Part shown: one piece after another, positions 23,738 through 36,007 of the stretch
How the letters are laid out: each line of letters starts with the position of its first letter
How positions within the stretch are numbered: the stretch's first letter is position 1
Source of the DNA: Lytechinus pictus
Taxonomy: Eukaryota
DNA length: 64,000 bases
Reading direction: 5' to 3'
Assembly: GCF_037042905.1 (NCBI RefSeq)
Contig: NC_087252.1
Location: 20,772,001 to 20,836,000 of the forward strand
Position numbers and translations under genes: made by a program
The notes under the pieces: model-generated
Database searches by the model: none
Told to the model about the DNA's origin: nothing
Seen by the model: the letters and a program-made list of their open reading frames with translations, nothing else

Positions 23738-24177
23738 GTAAGCTTTCATAAAGAGAAATTTGCTATCAGAAGAGGGTGAGGTGTGTTGAGATTAGTTCGA
23801 AGATGATTGCCAAAATCAGTCTGAAATGACATCGCCACGCAATAGTCTAAAATTTCTCAATAATTCCGTATCGAATGCGGTATGACGAACTAAACGAACA
23901 ATGCAGCCTGACTTATTTGATTTGGGTTTATCCCTTGGCCATGTTGGCGGTTTAAATGTAAAACTTCATAGATTGTTTTTAACTTTTTTTATATTCGATT
24001 TGACTGTCTTGCATCCTCAGTCTAAAATAAAAGATTTATTTAGAAATGAAAGACAATTTTAAAAACACCTTTTTTAAATCATTTATTTATGGTGTTCTAT
24101 TTATAAAGTTGCCTTGCTTGTCTGATCAGTTGAAAAGGTTCAGAAACAGTTCGCCTATATGCATTTTTGTCAGGAGC

Positions 24178-24394
24178 CATAGGCGGCGGAAGCGGGGGGG
24201 GGGGGGACGGGGGGACGGACCCCCCTAAAAATTTTGTTGATAACCCTTTTTTTTTTTTTCTTTCTTTCTTTTTTGCTTGTCAATTTTTTTTTCCTACGTC
24301 CCCCCTAACATTTTTGGTTGATAAACTTTTTTTTTTTTGCTTGTCAAAATTTTTTTGTGGTCCCACCTAAAATTTTTGGCTTCCGCCGCCAATG
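24178..24394. mobile_element. hAT-type MITE
   Basis: TIRs cataggcggcggaagc / gcttccgccgccaatg. Perfect 8-bp TSD tcaggagc. Confidence 0.87.
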
Positions 24395-24860
24395 TCAGGA
24401 GCACGTTATTGTACTTTTATCACGAAGAGTTCGATTTGAGATATGTAAGCTTGTCATATTTATCTATTGGCCTATTGTATAACATGGTTAAAATCGTAAA
24501 TTTACTCATCATTCTATAATAATAGGAAAAGAGGTAGATCAAAATGGAATCGGTGTAAGACTCATCACACTTCATTGTTCTTTTTGTTACTTTTTCTTCG
24601 GTTAAGGAAAAGTTCTTCCAATACATTTTAGACAATATGATTATGAAATAGCTCATCGGCAACGAGCATGGGTATATCTTATAACAGGTGTTACATTAAA
24701 ACATATCCAAAGACGACACTATTTTCTTTTTAATTTCAATGATGCTTTTTATCAGACTAATAATCTTAAATGAAAACGAAAAAGCAGTGAGTCCGGAGGA
24801 AAGAGATAGAAATTTCATCGATTTGTTTCCCCTATCAATGATTTGCTTTGTTTTTGCTAG

Positions 24861-25083
24861 GACTTGGAAGCATTCATGCAGTCTTCTGGCGATGAGGGCG
24901 TCATCTTGTTCACCCTGGGCACTTACGTGTCGCACATCAAATCGGAGTTCCTTGAGCCGTTCGCAGAGGCCTTTGAACGATATCTGCAACAGAAGGTCCT
25001 GTGGCAATTCGCAGGTGAACCTAGGTTTAAGGTACCTCCGAACGTCAAGACGATGCCATGGCTGCCACAAAATGATATTTTAG
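24861..25083 (+). CDS. UGT exon 4
   Basis: DLEAFMQSSGDEGVILFTLGT...QKVLW...WLPQNDIL. Donor G|gtaagg, phase 0-1. Confidence 0.95.
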
Positions 25084-25202
25084 GTAAGGGATCGATCTGT
25101 AGGCCTGAAGGTGATTGGTCTTCGGTATCTTCTTTAATTGAAGCAATTCAGTAACTTAGCTTGATGCAGGTTGTTTCAAGGGTACGTCAGTAGAATTGTG
25201 CA

Positions 25203-26157
25203 CAGAGACTCCAACTCTCCCGCTTTCGGCGGGAGATCTCCCGCCGAAAGCCCTTTTTCGCAAAATCTCCCGTTCTCCCGCTTGAGATTTTATATCTCCC
25301 GCCCAGGCCCTGTGTCTCCCACATAAGATGGTTTTTCTCCCGCTTTAAATGATCTTTCTCCCGCCCAAACACCTTTTTAAAAACCGAAATTAAATTTTCA
25401 TATCCAAGCCGCGCGATCTCGCCCATTGGCGCGCCCCGCTATATGGCGTTTGGAGCAATCTTACTCAAGAGATCATCAAGTATTGAGACAAGATGGATGG
25501 AAATGTCAGTTTCAAGGCCGTGATGTAGTATGTCTTCACTGGTTGATACGGATAAAGTTATCACCAAAACGTATGATTTTGTAGATGCTTATCAATTTTA
25601 TATGCATGCATGAATATGATATATATGAAAAATTTTATTAAGTTTTGTCTAGCCAAAATGTATGATTTGATTCATTCAATTGTTATTTACTTGGTACCCT
25701 CCCAAGTCGTACAGATGGGTGGGGGGGGGGCAAAAAAGTCACGACCAAGAAAAAAAAGAGAGAAAAGGAAATACAGTAGGGTGAAAACTGAAATTATCAT
25801 TTTTTAATATGTCGAAATCTATAACAAAATTGGATTTCTGTAATAATACATCAACATTTTCGCTCGCTCGCAAGTGTTTACCAATTTGACGCGATATGCC
25901 AGAGCCCTTTCGAAATTTTTAGCTCATTACGCCACTGGTCCCATCATATTAAAAAAATAGCCCGAGATAGCATAAGAGAGCATCTATCTAGAACCCTAGA
26001 GCTTCCTGGACCCTTTTAGTGGGCCCAGGATCCCGACCGCAAGGGACTTCGCGCTCGTGATGTGCGCAAACGTACATCAAATTAGAGTCTCCAGTTTGCT
26101 AGGGGATCCAGGTGGGAGAATCTCCAGATCAGAACGTGTTTGGGGTTGGAGTCTCTG
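25203..26157. mobile_element. Non-autonomous TIR element (hAT-like)
   Basis: TIRs cagagactccaac / gttggagtctctg. Subterminal tctccc motifs. Flanks tgtgca / cgtgca. Confidence 0.75.
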
Positions 26158-26615
26158 CGTGCATTTGATATGAATATATACATTTTAAAGTTTTTACATT
26201 ACATTTAGATTTTACAACAGCTTCTGAAAAATGTATATATATATATATATATAAAGGTTCAATACTTGCCAAAAATGTATTTCCTTCTTATAAAGGGTTT
26301 AGGTCAGTTTTTTTATGTTTTTTTTTTCTGAAACAGTATGTAACTATGTAAGTAAGTGTTGACTGAATAGCCCCACAAAAAAAATTAGAAATCACTTTTA
26401 TGTGGTATAGGTGGTGCATACAGGCCGAGTTTGGTAGTCTCTGTGTTTCAGACTTGACAGGCGTATGTCGTCTAATAATCCACAATGTCGGAATAAAGTG
26501 TCGGTTATCAGGGAATGCTATATTAGTTTCTGCAGAAGATAAAGTCGATGCATATTTGTTGTTGCGTTTTTCTCTCTCTCGAAATATAAGTTGATCAAGT
26601 TTTTTTCTTCTATAG

Positions 26616-26835
26616 GCCATCCAAAAACACATCTCTTTATTTTCCACGGCGGCAACAACGGGTTTTACGAGACCATATACCACGGTGTTCCAGCCATTAT
26701 CATACCTCTGACGGGAGATGCTATCGACCAGGGGGTACGACTGAAGCATCAGGGTTTCGGTATAGTCCTTGACAAGACCAGGGTGACTGTTGACTCCCTG
26801 GATGACGCCATTAAGACAATCTTAAGCAATAAAAG
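26616..26835 (+). CDS. UGT exon 5 (UGT signature)
   Basis: GHPKTHLFIFHGGNNGFYETIYHGVPAIIIPLTGDAIDQ. Acceptor ttctatag, donor AG|gttagt, phase 1-2. Confidence 0.95.
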
Positions 26836-27546
26836 GTTAGTGTATATACCTGCATTTTCCTATTTTTAACCCCTTTCGAGAGAATTTTATTGATTGATTC
26901 TTTATTTCCATGCAAAAAATGGTCATACAACATAAAATATATTGACAATTTTTCACGGTAAAATAACAATAAGCAATCATTGCATATGGGAGGGGACAGT
27001 CATAAGCACAAAGGCTTGAAAAAAGACGCCCCTATTAACCAATGATTTATAGTATTTAGAAGATTTTTTAAATCATTTTTTTACATACGATTGAACTTGT
27101 TTAATTTTCAAATTTATCTATAATGGTTTTATTATCAGTACAAAAATTGAGTTGTTCAATGATTTCATTACCTGTGTGTATTATAAGTAGGCCTGTTTCG
27201 TTTGAATCCTCATCCCTCATTGGGATATTTATGTCAAATTTCTTACTCAAAATAACTTCAAAATGTCATTCGTATAATGCTCCACCAATTAATTTGATGG
27301 ACTGGTTTTTAAAACGTGTTTGCCAGAATATTCGTTGCAAGAGAACATTTTGTATTATGTCTCATTTAATCACAATTCCTTTCAGTGATTCATTGAATTT
27401 GCATGCAGAAAAAATCCATTAATTTTATGTGATTAAAAAAAAGGTTTCAATACAAAATGGAGGTCATTTTGTTCCAGGAAAAATTTGACAAGCAAAAAAA
27501 AACAGTCCTAACTTGCGTATGCGTGACATAAACACCTAAAAATATA

Positions 27547-30500
27547 CAGTGCGTCCCAGAAAAAACGAAACCGAGATTTAGCGATGATTTATCATACCTT
27601 AATCATAAATAAAATAGACAAATGACCTACCAATGTAAAGCTTAGAATCTCTTCTTTCATCTGGTATTACTTAGATTATTCCTCATTCACGCATGATTGA
27701 GCAAAAACAATTCGAAGAAAGGATGCCAAAAACTCATTTGGCGGGGGTATCTGAATTTCAAAAAGAAAATCACATGACTAGAAATTTCAATATCTCCTTT
27801 TTTCTTTGATACCTAAATCACAGAAAATGGTCAAGTAGTAAAAGAATTATGATCCCTCGAAACAATGCTTGCATTTCCATAATTTCATTCAATAAACGTG
27901 TTTTCACCGGGGTCCACAGAAGCTATAGCAATGTCACAAAAGACTTAATGCATGGCTGATCGTCAACAAAACGGAGTGTCGAGTGAGTTTGCACGCTATA
28001 GCCTGTAATACCCCCATCTCACCAGGAAGGCGATCGTGGCGACCATGGCGATCTGTGTAAATCCCGCAAATCGTAGCAGAATCTTCCTCGAATTCTATTT
28101 TTAGCCTGCGAGACGATTGCACTGCAACTTCTATGCGACCGACCTGCGCTGAAGGCGGTGGTAATACGCTGAAAGTACGACGATGCCACTTTCTTGCGAA
28201 GATTCGAGGCAGATGTGATGCGCTGCTTCTGCGATCAAAGCGATCGTACAACGAGGCTCATACGCTAATTAGGACCTCGGTACGGTGGTGCTACGAATGA
28301 AGCGATTATGTTACGTTCATGATGGGCTCTTGAAACGATTTCAAGCAATCGGCATACTAATCGCGGCACATGACACATTTTTCAGTCGATTGCCAACCTC
28401 CGACCAACATGGATGTCCAGAATTTGGTTGGACTTATACATCTTGGCATTCTAAAAGAACATCACATCAGTTAAAAGTTGATTGCGAGGACAGGAGAAGG
28501 AGGAGGCCAAAAAGATACAGGGTCCGATCCTGGCTGTCACCTAAGTCATAATATACAATATTTTTAAAATTTCATTCAAAAGATGTCGATGAGCCTAATA
28601 GTTAATATGAGGGATGCATCCAGAATTTCATAAAAGAGCATAAAAATCTTTGATATGTAGTGGTTTTCTTTTCATCAAACACTGATTTCAACATGATCAG
28701 AGCTTGATCACTTTATTTTACATTGATCATGCAAAGACAGCTGATTTACAACTTAATTATTTCTTTTCATGGAGCACCTCTCAGTTAGACTATTCAACTT
28801 GATTCTCCTGTCTATCTCTAAGCGGATGTTTTTCTCACTTAGCAACGACTAGCCAATCAGATTTAAGCTGAGAGCAACCTCATGGTTAATTTTTACACTC
28901 CAACACACGCGGTAGAAAGTCTTCACCTAGTAAGGACATGTACAATTTCTGCTAGTCATTTTTCTTTGCAACACAACAAATAGCTCTTACTTTGGATTTA
29001 TTTTTCATCATCAGGATTTCAAGTTCTTCATTTTCCATCCTTTTGATTTTGGACATATGTAAATATATATTCATCGCTTGTGTTATCCAAGTGGACAGCG
29101 TGTAATATTTCTAGGAGAACATCTCGTGTCACGATTACCCTATTCGCGACGCGTTTCGCTGAGGCCTCACGTGCGCGGTCGTTCTTCATCGCGACATCGT
29201 TCTTCATTCGCATTTATCTTGTTTATGGACATCGCATTAAAGGATCCCGATGAATTAATCGCCACTTGATTTTCTACATTTTTGCCTTCGCATAGAGGAC
29301 CTCAGTGCTGGTGAGTCAATCAGATATTTTTATGTTAAGAAAGTTCTCATTTCTTACAGATATTCTGTTTATTTTTTTCCACAAAAGTTTGTCACTCAAA
29401 AATATTTGGTAAATTCCTTTCAAATTTGCTGACAAGAAGTAGTCTACTGATGTGAGAGCACTCATAAAAAGGGAGGGGGGCACAATGCCAGAATCTCCCT
29501 AAAGATTGCCTTTCCCAATCAATACATTAGTGATCGAATCATTAACAAAATTTGATGTTGTCTACTGTCACTGTGGTTAGAATTCAATTTATTTTCAAAA
29601 CATAATCAATTTATTTATTTCTGCAGAGGTAACCCATTTCGTCATCAAGACATGTGAGCGTCTTTTTTCTCTTTCCAGCTGGCTCAGCAGTAAGATTTTC
29701 ATCCTCCTCCTGTACCCCCTCCTCTTCCTCCTCTATCTCCTCCTCCTCTACCACCACCATAACCCCTTGATCTTCCTCTTCGACCGCCGGCCTAAGAGGG
29801 GTAGCTTGGGCAGCTTTCCCTTTTCTGGTCCTTTTTCTGGGAGGTATGTTTGAAAACGCCGTGGTATCGCCTCGTAATCTGTTGCAAATATGATAATCCG
29901 CCACCATCGGCACGGCGCTTTATAGCAGCGCGAACGGTTGTTGCGCAATCGCTGCCCAGTCATCAGCGGCGCAGCAAAAGCGCAACGCGAACGCCTGTAG
30001 CGGGCTGAGAACGTGTGCCACATGCCACCCAAAGAAGGAAGCGTCGTGGTGGAAGCTGTGTGAAGCGTGTCGAGCGCAAGGCAGTCGCCTTGTAAACGGA
30101 AGCAGCGTAGCAGAATTGTCTTGGGAACGGGCCTGAAAACCACGGGCGATCGGTGCCGCTTTTAATGCGCTTATACTACGCTTTATGCGTTGGGGCTCCG
30201 TTACAGCTACGAATATGTCGTTTGTAATACGCTCATGACTCGATTGTGATGCGCTTTAGTACCTCCGCGATCTCGCTACGTAAGTTTTGAACATGTTCAA
30301 AATTTTGTGGCGACCAGGAAGATGGTGGCGATCCTTGCCGCTTCAGAAAAGATCAAGGTACGACGGAGAAGATTGAAAAGATCAAGGCACGATCAAGCTA
30401 CGTTATACCACGCTTTGTCGATTTTTGACGATCGCAGTGGACTCGCCATCTAGTGAGATGGGGGTATTAAACCTCTTCATTTTATGAAATTATTGAAATT

Positions 30501-30844
30501 CAAGCCTTATTTCAAACATGGTTCATGTTTCAAATAACCAGAACTTTGTTATTTCTTGACCATTTTCTATAATTGAGGTATCAAATTAAAGAGCAGATAT
30601 TGAACTTTTTTAAAATGTGGTTTTCTTTTTAAAACCCAGATACGGCCCGCCAAGTGACTTTTTGGTATCCCCTTTTCAAATTGCTTTTGCTCACTCATGC
30701 GTGAATGAGAAATAATCTAAGTAATTTCAGAAGAAAGAAGAGATTCTAAGCTTTAAAATGGTAGGTCATTTGTCTACTGTATTTGCGATTAAGTTATGAT
30801 AAATCATCGATAAATCTCGGTTTCGTTTTTTGTGGGACGCACTG
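27547..30844. mobile_element. Tc1/mariner-type non-autonomous element with long TIRs, carrying a nested Harbinger derivative
   Basis: TA|cagtgcgtccca...tgggacgcactg|TA. Inverted similarity extends about 340 bp at each end. Confidence 0.88.
28009..30466. mobile_element. PIF/Harbinger deletion derivative with decayed 5' ends of two convergent ORFs
   Basis: TIRs tacccccatctcac / gtgagatgggggta, flanked by TAA/TTA. + strand RRRRRPKRYRVRSWL resembles a Harbinger transposase N-terminus. - strand (ATA)PPRKRTRKGK..acidic..KRKKT resembles the accessory protein N-terminus. Confidence 0.65.
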
Positions 30845-31725
30845 TATATGGTTGTGCCTCTCAAAGGGGGGGGGGCACCGACCGGATGTGTCCCTATGGT
30901 TCCGCCACTAGCATACGTCTATGATGGTCTATCTGTAACATATTGAAATTGAAAAGGTTTTATTATTATTGCACATTCGCAGCCAAAAAGATGAATTGAG
31001 TAAAACTTACAGGTATATCAGTACAAATGGTTTAAAACATCAAACATGCATAACTCGATATGGAGAGAGTACGTGCATAGTAAAATGAAAGTAAAAAGTC
31101 AAACATTTCCCAAACGAGATCAAAAGACTTCATGTAGTACAACGAAATGACTGATACAAAATAATAAGAGCGAAAATTGTCCTCAAAATCGATCAATGTC
31201 CTCCTGTTTATTGAGTGATCACATCAACATGATGCTGCCTAGCTGTCAGGCGACATAATTATAACGTAAAAATATATTGAATATTAATGTCAAAGATTGA
31301 AATAATTACAGATCGATCGGCTGTGAATAGTGACCAGCCGAACATTAGATTTAGATAAACCTTTTTAGCGTTTCATGAAAGGATTTGTCAGACGTTTTAT
31401 CCGACAAGTCCCATTTTATCCGAGTTTCCATAGTAACAATGCTTCTTAGCCAATTACAATCAAGGAAATTTGTCAGATCTGACAACTTGTCGGCGAAAAT
31501 GTTCATGAAACGCTCTCCTGGACTTACTTTTTTTTTTTTGTTAAAGTCAAAAAAAAAATTTCAAGGCTTTTGAGATTAAGAAGTTATAATTAGGATTAAA
31601 TATAAATCTGATCTGGATTTATTTCGAATCATTCAAATTGAGCATATAATTTTCCTAAAAAGTGTAAAAAATAAAGATAAAATAAAAGGTCTAGGTAATG
31701 GCGTCTCCATAATTATTTAATGCAG

Positions 31726-32008
31726 TTATTCCAAGATGGCGAAGGTACTCTCATCTCGTCTGAGAAGCAGATCAATGCATCCAGGTGATCGCGCTGCATT
31801 CTGGGTCAATCACGTGATGAAACATGGGGGCGACTACATGAGAAGTCCACTCAAAGATCTCAACTTCATACAACGAAATCTGCTAGACGCCTTGGGGTTA
31901 TTCCTTGTGGTTATATCAATAATTTTAGTGATTTTTTATAACTGTGTACGATGTTCATTTAGGCGCTGCAAGCGAATTTTCTTTAGTTCTAAACAAAAGA
32001 ATGATTAA
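31726..32008 (+). CDS. UGT exon 6 (C-terminal TM helix, ER-retrieval KxKxx)
   Basis: SYSKMAKVLS...DRAAFWVNHVMKHGG.YMR...NFIQRNLLD, a hydrophobic helix, then KQKND-stop. The spliced CDS totals 1629 nt = 542 aa + stop. Confidence 0.95.
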
Positions 32009-33582
32009 TTTGTACAGGCGTGGTACTAGGGTATTTTGATGGCTAGGGTGGGGCAAGACCTATAGATTTTAACTTGATTGAAGTACAGGGAAAATTTAGA
32101 CTTACTGACGCGACTTGTATCTTTAAACGCCCTTCTTTCTTCCTGGTCCTTTTGATGAATGTTGAAGGAGAAATCGAACCATGCGGTGTTTGTGGAAGAA
32201 TGTCGTTTTATAAACAGATATTTTAAAAGAGAAAATGCGTGCCATAATATTATCAATAGACTCCTTCTTTTCTTCACTTCTGTTGTATTTCTCCTGTGTT
32301 CTGCATTATTGCAATGTTTTTTTTTTTACTTAAAAAAAAAGTTTTTATATAGTGTGAAATCGACACTTTATGTATTTTCTCACTTTAATCTTTGTTTCGT
32401 TATTCTTCTGTGTTAGTGCATTTTGTCACGCATCAAATATCATTGGATGGCAATTCAATTATAACTATAAGATTGTACAAAATGTCAATAAAATTGTCTT
32501 TCAATGTGATAGAAGAGGGAAACCTTGTGAAGAGAGCATTGCGGGGGGCAGGTTCCAGTGTGGTTAATTAGTTGGTAACTATTATCGTTTCTCTTTATCT
32601 ACCCATGGACCTGATCTACCGCATTCATTGTTGTATTTTTTTATTTTCCCCCACATTAATGATAATCCGAAAATGCGGATTTGGGAGTTTCAATAAAGAT
32701 TTAACTCAATTTTTTTCATTAGTGGAAACTATCATGAAGGGAGAGCCCTCAAATATTGAACTTCCCAAATCTTAAATTGACATTTTATATAAATGGTATT
32801 GTTTTTGCTCATCTAGAGAAATGTGTTCATAGAAACCATTTTAGAAGAAGTTCCTGTATTTCATGCTATTGCTTTACTTTGTCAAATGATTATTAAATGC
32901 TATTTTAGACATTTTATTTCAACTGTTCAAGATGTATAATATTATGTATATTTTGCGAAATGTGAAACAATTTTTTTTTAGTTCTTTACTGAAATGGACA
33001 TGGTTACTGTGCATTAAGCATTGTGGTTTAATTAAAGTAATTTAAAAGTAATTGGCTGCTATTACTCAAGCATTTATTTTGCTCAAATAGTTTGCCACTG
33101 CATTTGTTTTTTACTACTTTGTCTTATCCTTAAATTGTATTCATGTCTAATTTTTTGTTATGACACTGTTAAAAATTTGTCACATTGCAATGTACTTTAA
33201 TGTCATACTACGATTATGTTTATGTATTGTTAATTTATTTTGACTATACAATAAATGGCAAAAAGAAGCTGCTAAAAACTGCTTATCTAATAAAAGAGAG
33301 CCAATGGAGTAAATTAGAAAGTCAAAAAGGGGCCTAAGCTTTCGATCCTAGCAGAATCTTCGTCGGAGGCAAATAAATGCAGAAATACCTGCCAAAAAAA
33401 ATTATGACGAGTAAAGCGTATTATAATCTAAGAGGTTTATAATAATGAACGGTTTCTTAAAGTTTAGAATGTGGAGAGATAATCAACTTTATGACCTTAA
33501 TCTAAAGACACACTAAGAAATAGGGGTTCAAATAGCAGCACCACAGGGGGGGCTAGCGAATGATGGGTGCGATTACGAAGCA

Positions 33583-33993
33583 CCAAATAGGGTGCAAAGA
33601 TGAAATAGGGTGCAGAGATGGAATATGGTGCAGAGATGAAATATGGTGCAGAGATGAAATAGGGTGCAGAGATGAAATATGGTGCAGAGATGAAATATGG
33701 TTCAGAGATGAAATAGGGTGCAGAGATGAAATAGGGTGCAGAGATGAAATAGGGTGCAGAGATGAAATAGGGTGCAGAGATGAAATATGGTGCAGAGATG
33801 AAATATGGTGCAGAGATGAAATAGGGTGCAGAGATGAAATAGGGTGCAGAGATGAAATAGGGTGCAGAGATGAAATATGGTGCAGAGATGAAATAGGGTG
33901 CAGAGATGAAATAGGGTGCAGAGATGAAATAGGGTGCAGAGATGAAATATGGTGCAGAGATGAAATAGGGTGCAGAGATGAAATAGGGTGCAG
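33583..33993. repeat. 18-bp minisatellite, ~23 units, two variants
   Basis: gaaataGggtgcagagat and gaaataTggtgcagagat in tandem. Confidence 0.97.
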
Positions 33994-34296
33994 ACTGAGA
34001 TAAACCATGAAAATAAAGGTTCAGATTTGAACCTTTTTTATGTCAAGTATTATGCACCTTAAAAGGTTAAGAGTTGCACTTTTTATGGTGCAAACGAGCA
34101 TTTCTTGGTGCAAGTAATGATAACAGGTGCATTTTTGCACCTTAGGACCCAAGCTTACTGACCCAAAAGGTTGGTACAAATGTTTCATGTAGGGTTCACA
34201 AATTAGTAGTGTGTAAATAGACATATTCTTAAAAGTGATATTCATATTGTAAAAAAAAAAAATAGGACATGCAGAAGAAATAAATAAAACACTTAA

Positions 34297-35850
34297 AGGA
34301 ATGTTCCAGGCTGAAGATATTTATATTTCAATAAATAGAGTATAATTCACAGAGCAAAATGCTGAAAACTTGTTCGAAATCGGATAAAAAATAACGAAGT
34401 TATTGAATTTAAAGATTTGCCTTATTCTTGTGAAACAGTTTTATGAATATTCATTAGGTGGGCTGATGGTGTCATATCCCAGCTTGTTCTTTTGTATATT
34501 ATAAAATTAGGTTTATCAAAAAAATTCTTCCAAGAACTAAAACAGTTGGATTGACAACTGATTATTGCTGCAACTTATTTCATTATAATGAAATTAATAG
34601 TAAATTATCATTTACACATGTACGAAAAAATGAAACAATATTATGATTTTATGTAATAACATATTAAGAAAGAGGAAAGTGGGGATGTGACATCATCAGC
34701 CTACCTAATGAATATTTATGTCGACGTGCATAAAAAATTTTCACAACTTTAAAATTCAATATCTTCGTTATTTGTTATCCGACTTTAAAGATTTTTTTAG
34801 CATATTGCTTGTGAATACTGTACAGTGCGTATCAAAAAAAGATTACACTTTGTAAAAATCCTGTAAAATTATGCATTTGTAATATCCTGAGGATTTTTCC
34901 ACATTTTAACATTGGTACAGATTCATTTAAGCAAATGACGATATAACTGTCGAAAAATATTTCCGCTTGAGTGAGCACCACTTACTTTTGAAAAGTTAGT
35001 GAAAAATGATTTGCGCAGAACTTTGAAATAGTTATGCGAATAAAAGTAGACCTTAATCATAAACAACACGTGGGATTTAGCTAGTAAAATTGATTTGAAG
35101 ATATCTTTTACCTTTTTCAAACTTGTTTCCTTGCCCAAAACGCTTCGAAGAGTGCATTGCGCCCCACCCCACTCCCCAACACACAGAGGCCATCGTGACG
35201 ATATTTGCTTTACACTGAGCTGTGATTTACATGAAATGGCTTAGGCTTGATTTTCATTTTGTTGATCATTGTCAAGCTTGGAAAAAGTGTGGAGAAACAA
35301 ATATTAAATGAAAAATAAAATGAAAACCCACTTTAAATGGTAAAAACTTAGTGAAAAAATGCTGGAGATGTCTGATATAAACTTTTGTTCAGATTTAGTT
35401 ATGTCCTCAGATCCAGCTGGCACAAAAAGGGTAAAGTTTGTGCTTACTAAGTGTTGAAATGTCAATTTGGGTGGCAAAATTGTTACAAAATGCTCGAATG
35501 TATCCGTTTTATTTCAGTTGACTAAGGATGCAAGGGAAATGAATGAGAAATGTTTCGCATGGTACGTTTGATTTCGCTCTTTCCCCTTGACACAGCGTGA
35601 AAACGAGCATTTCTGCGCAAACAGAATTCTACGAGCTTTACAAAAATTGACAGTGCTCACTCAATTGTGACATTCTGTCAAAACTTTTACTTTCATTGGA
35701 TAAATGAGACCCATACCCAAGATTATATGTGAAAAAATTACCCACATGTTGTATATTTTTTAATTCCCAGAGCTTTTTCAAAGTGTAAACTTTTTTTTGA
35801 TACGCACTGTATTTATTTAGATATAAATATTCTTGGCCTGGAGTATCCCT
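34297..35850. mobile_element. Kolobok-like MITE (TTAA target, AGG...CCT ends)
   Basis: ttaa|aggaatgttccaggctgaaga ... tcttggcctggagtatccct. Same family as 43719-44733. Confidence 0.7.
34823..35809. mobile_element. Tc1/mariner-type MITE nested in the Kolobok-like MITE
   Basis: TA|cagtgcgtatcaaaaaaa ... ttttttgatacgcactg|TA. Internal inverted motifs ttgagtgagcac / gtgctcactcaa. Confidence 0.87.
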
Positions 35851-35852
35851 TT

Positions 35853-36007
35853 CAGGGGCCGCGGAGGCTGGGGGAGGGGTTCAGCCCCCCCCCCCCACTT
35901 TTTTCTCAAATCGTGTACAAAAACGTAAAAATGACCATATGATTGTGATTTTTTGCATGGTCAGCCCCCCCCCCCCCCCCACTTTGAAAACCGTTCCGCG
36001 GCCCCTG
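35853..36007. mobile_element. Short TIR element with 5-bp TSD
   Basis: TIRs caggggccgcgga / tccgcggcccctg. TSD ccttt on both sides. Partial copy at ~2673-2790. Confidence 0.8.

Noticed and set aside
29611..29913. Acidic ORF as an independent nested host gene
   Set aside because: It lies within transposon TIRs, has ATA at the expected start and is truncated. It is better explained as a transposon remnant.
33553..34008. Cys-rich (CRDEIG)n and His-rich (SSLHPI)n ORFs as proteins; array as CRISPR
   Set aside because: An 18-bp unit keeps any stop-free frame open. No splice or gene context was found, there are no unique spacers or cas genes, and the DNA is eukaryotic.
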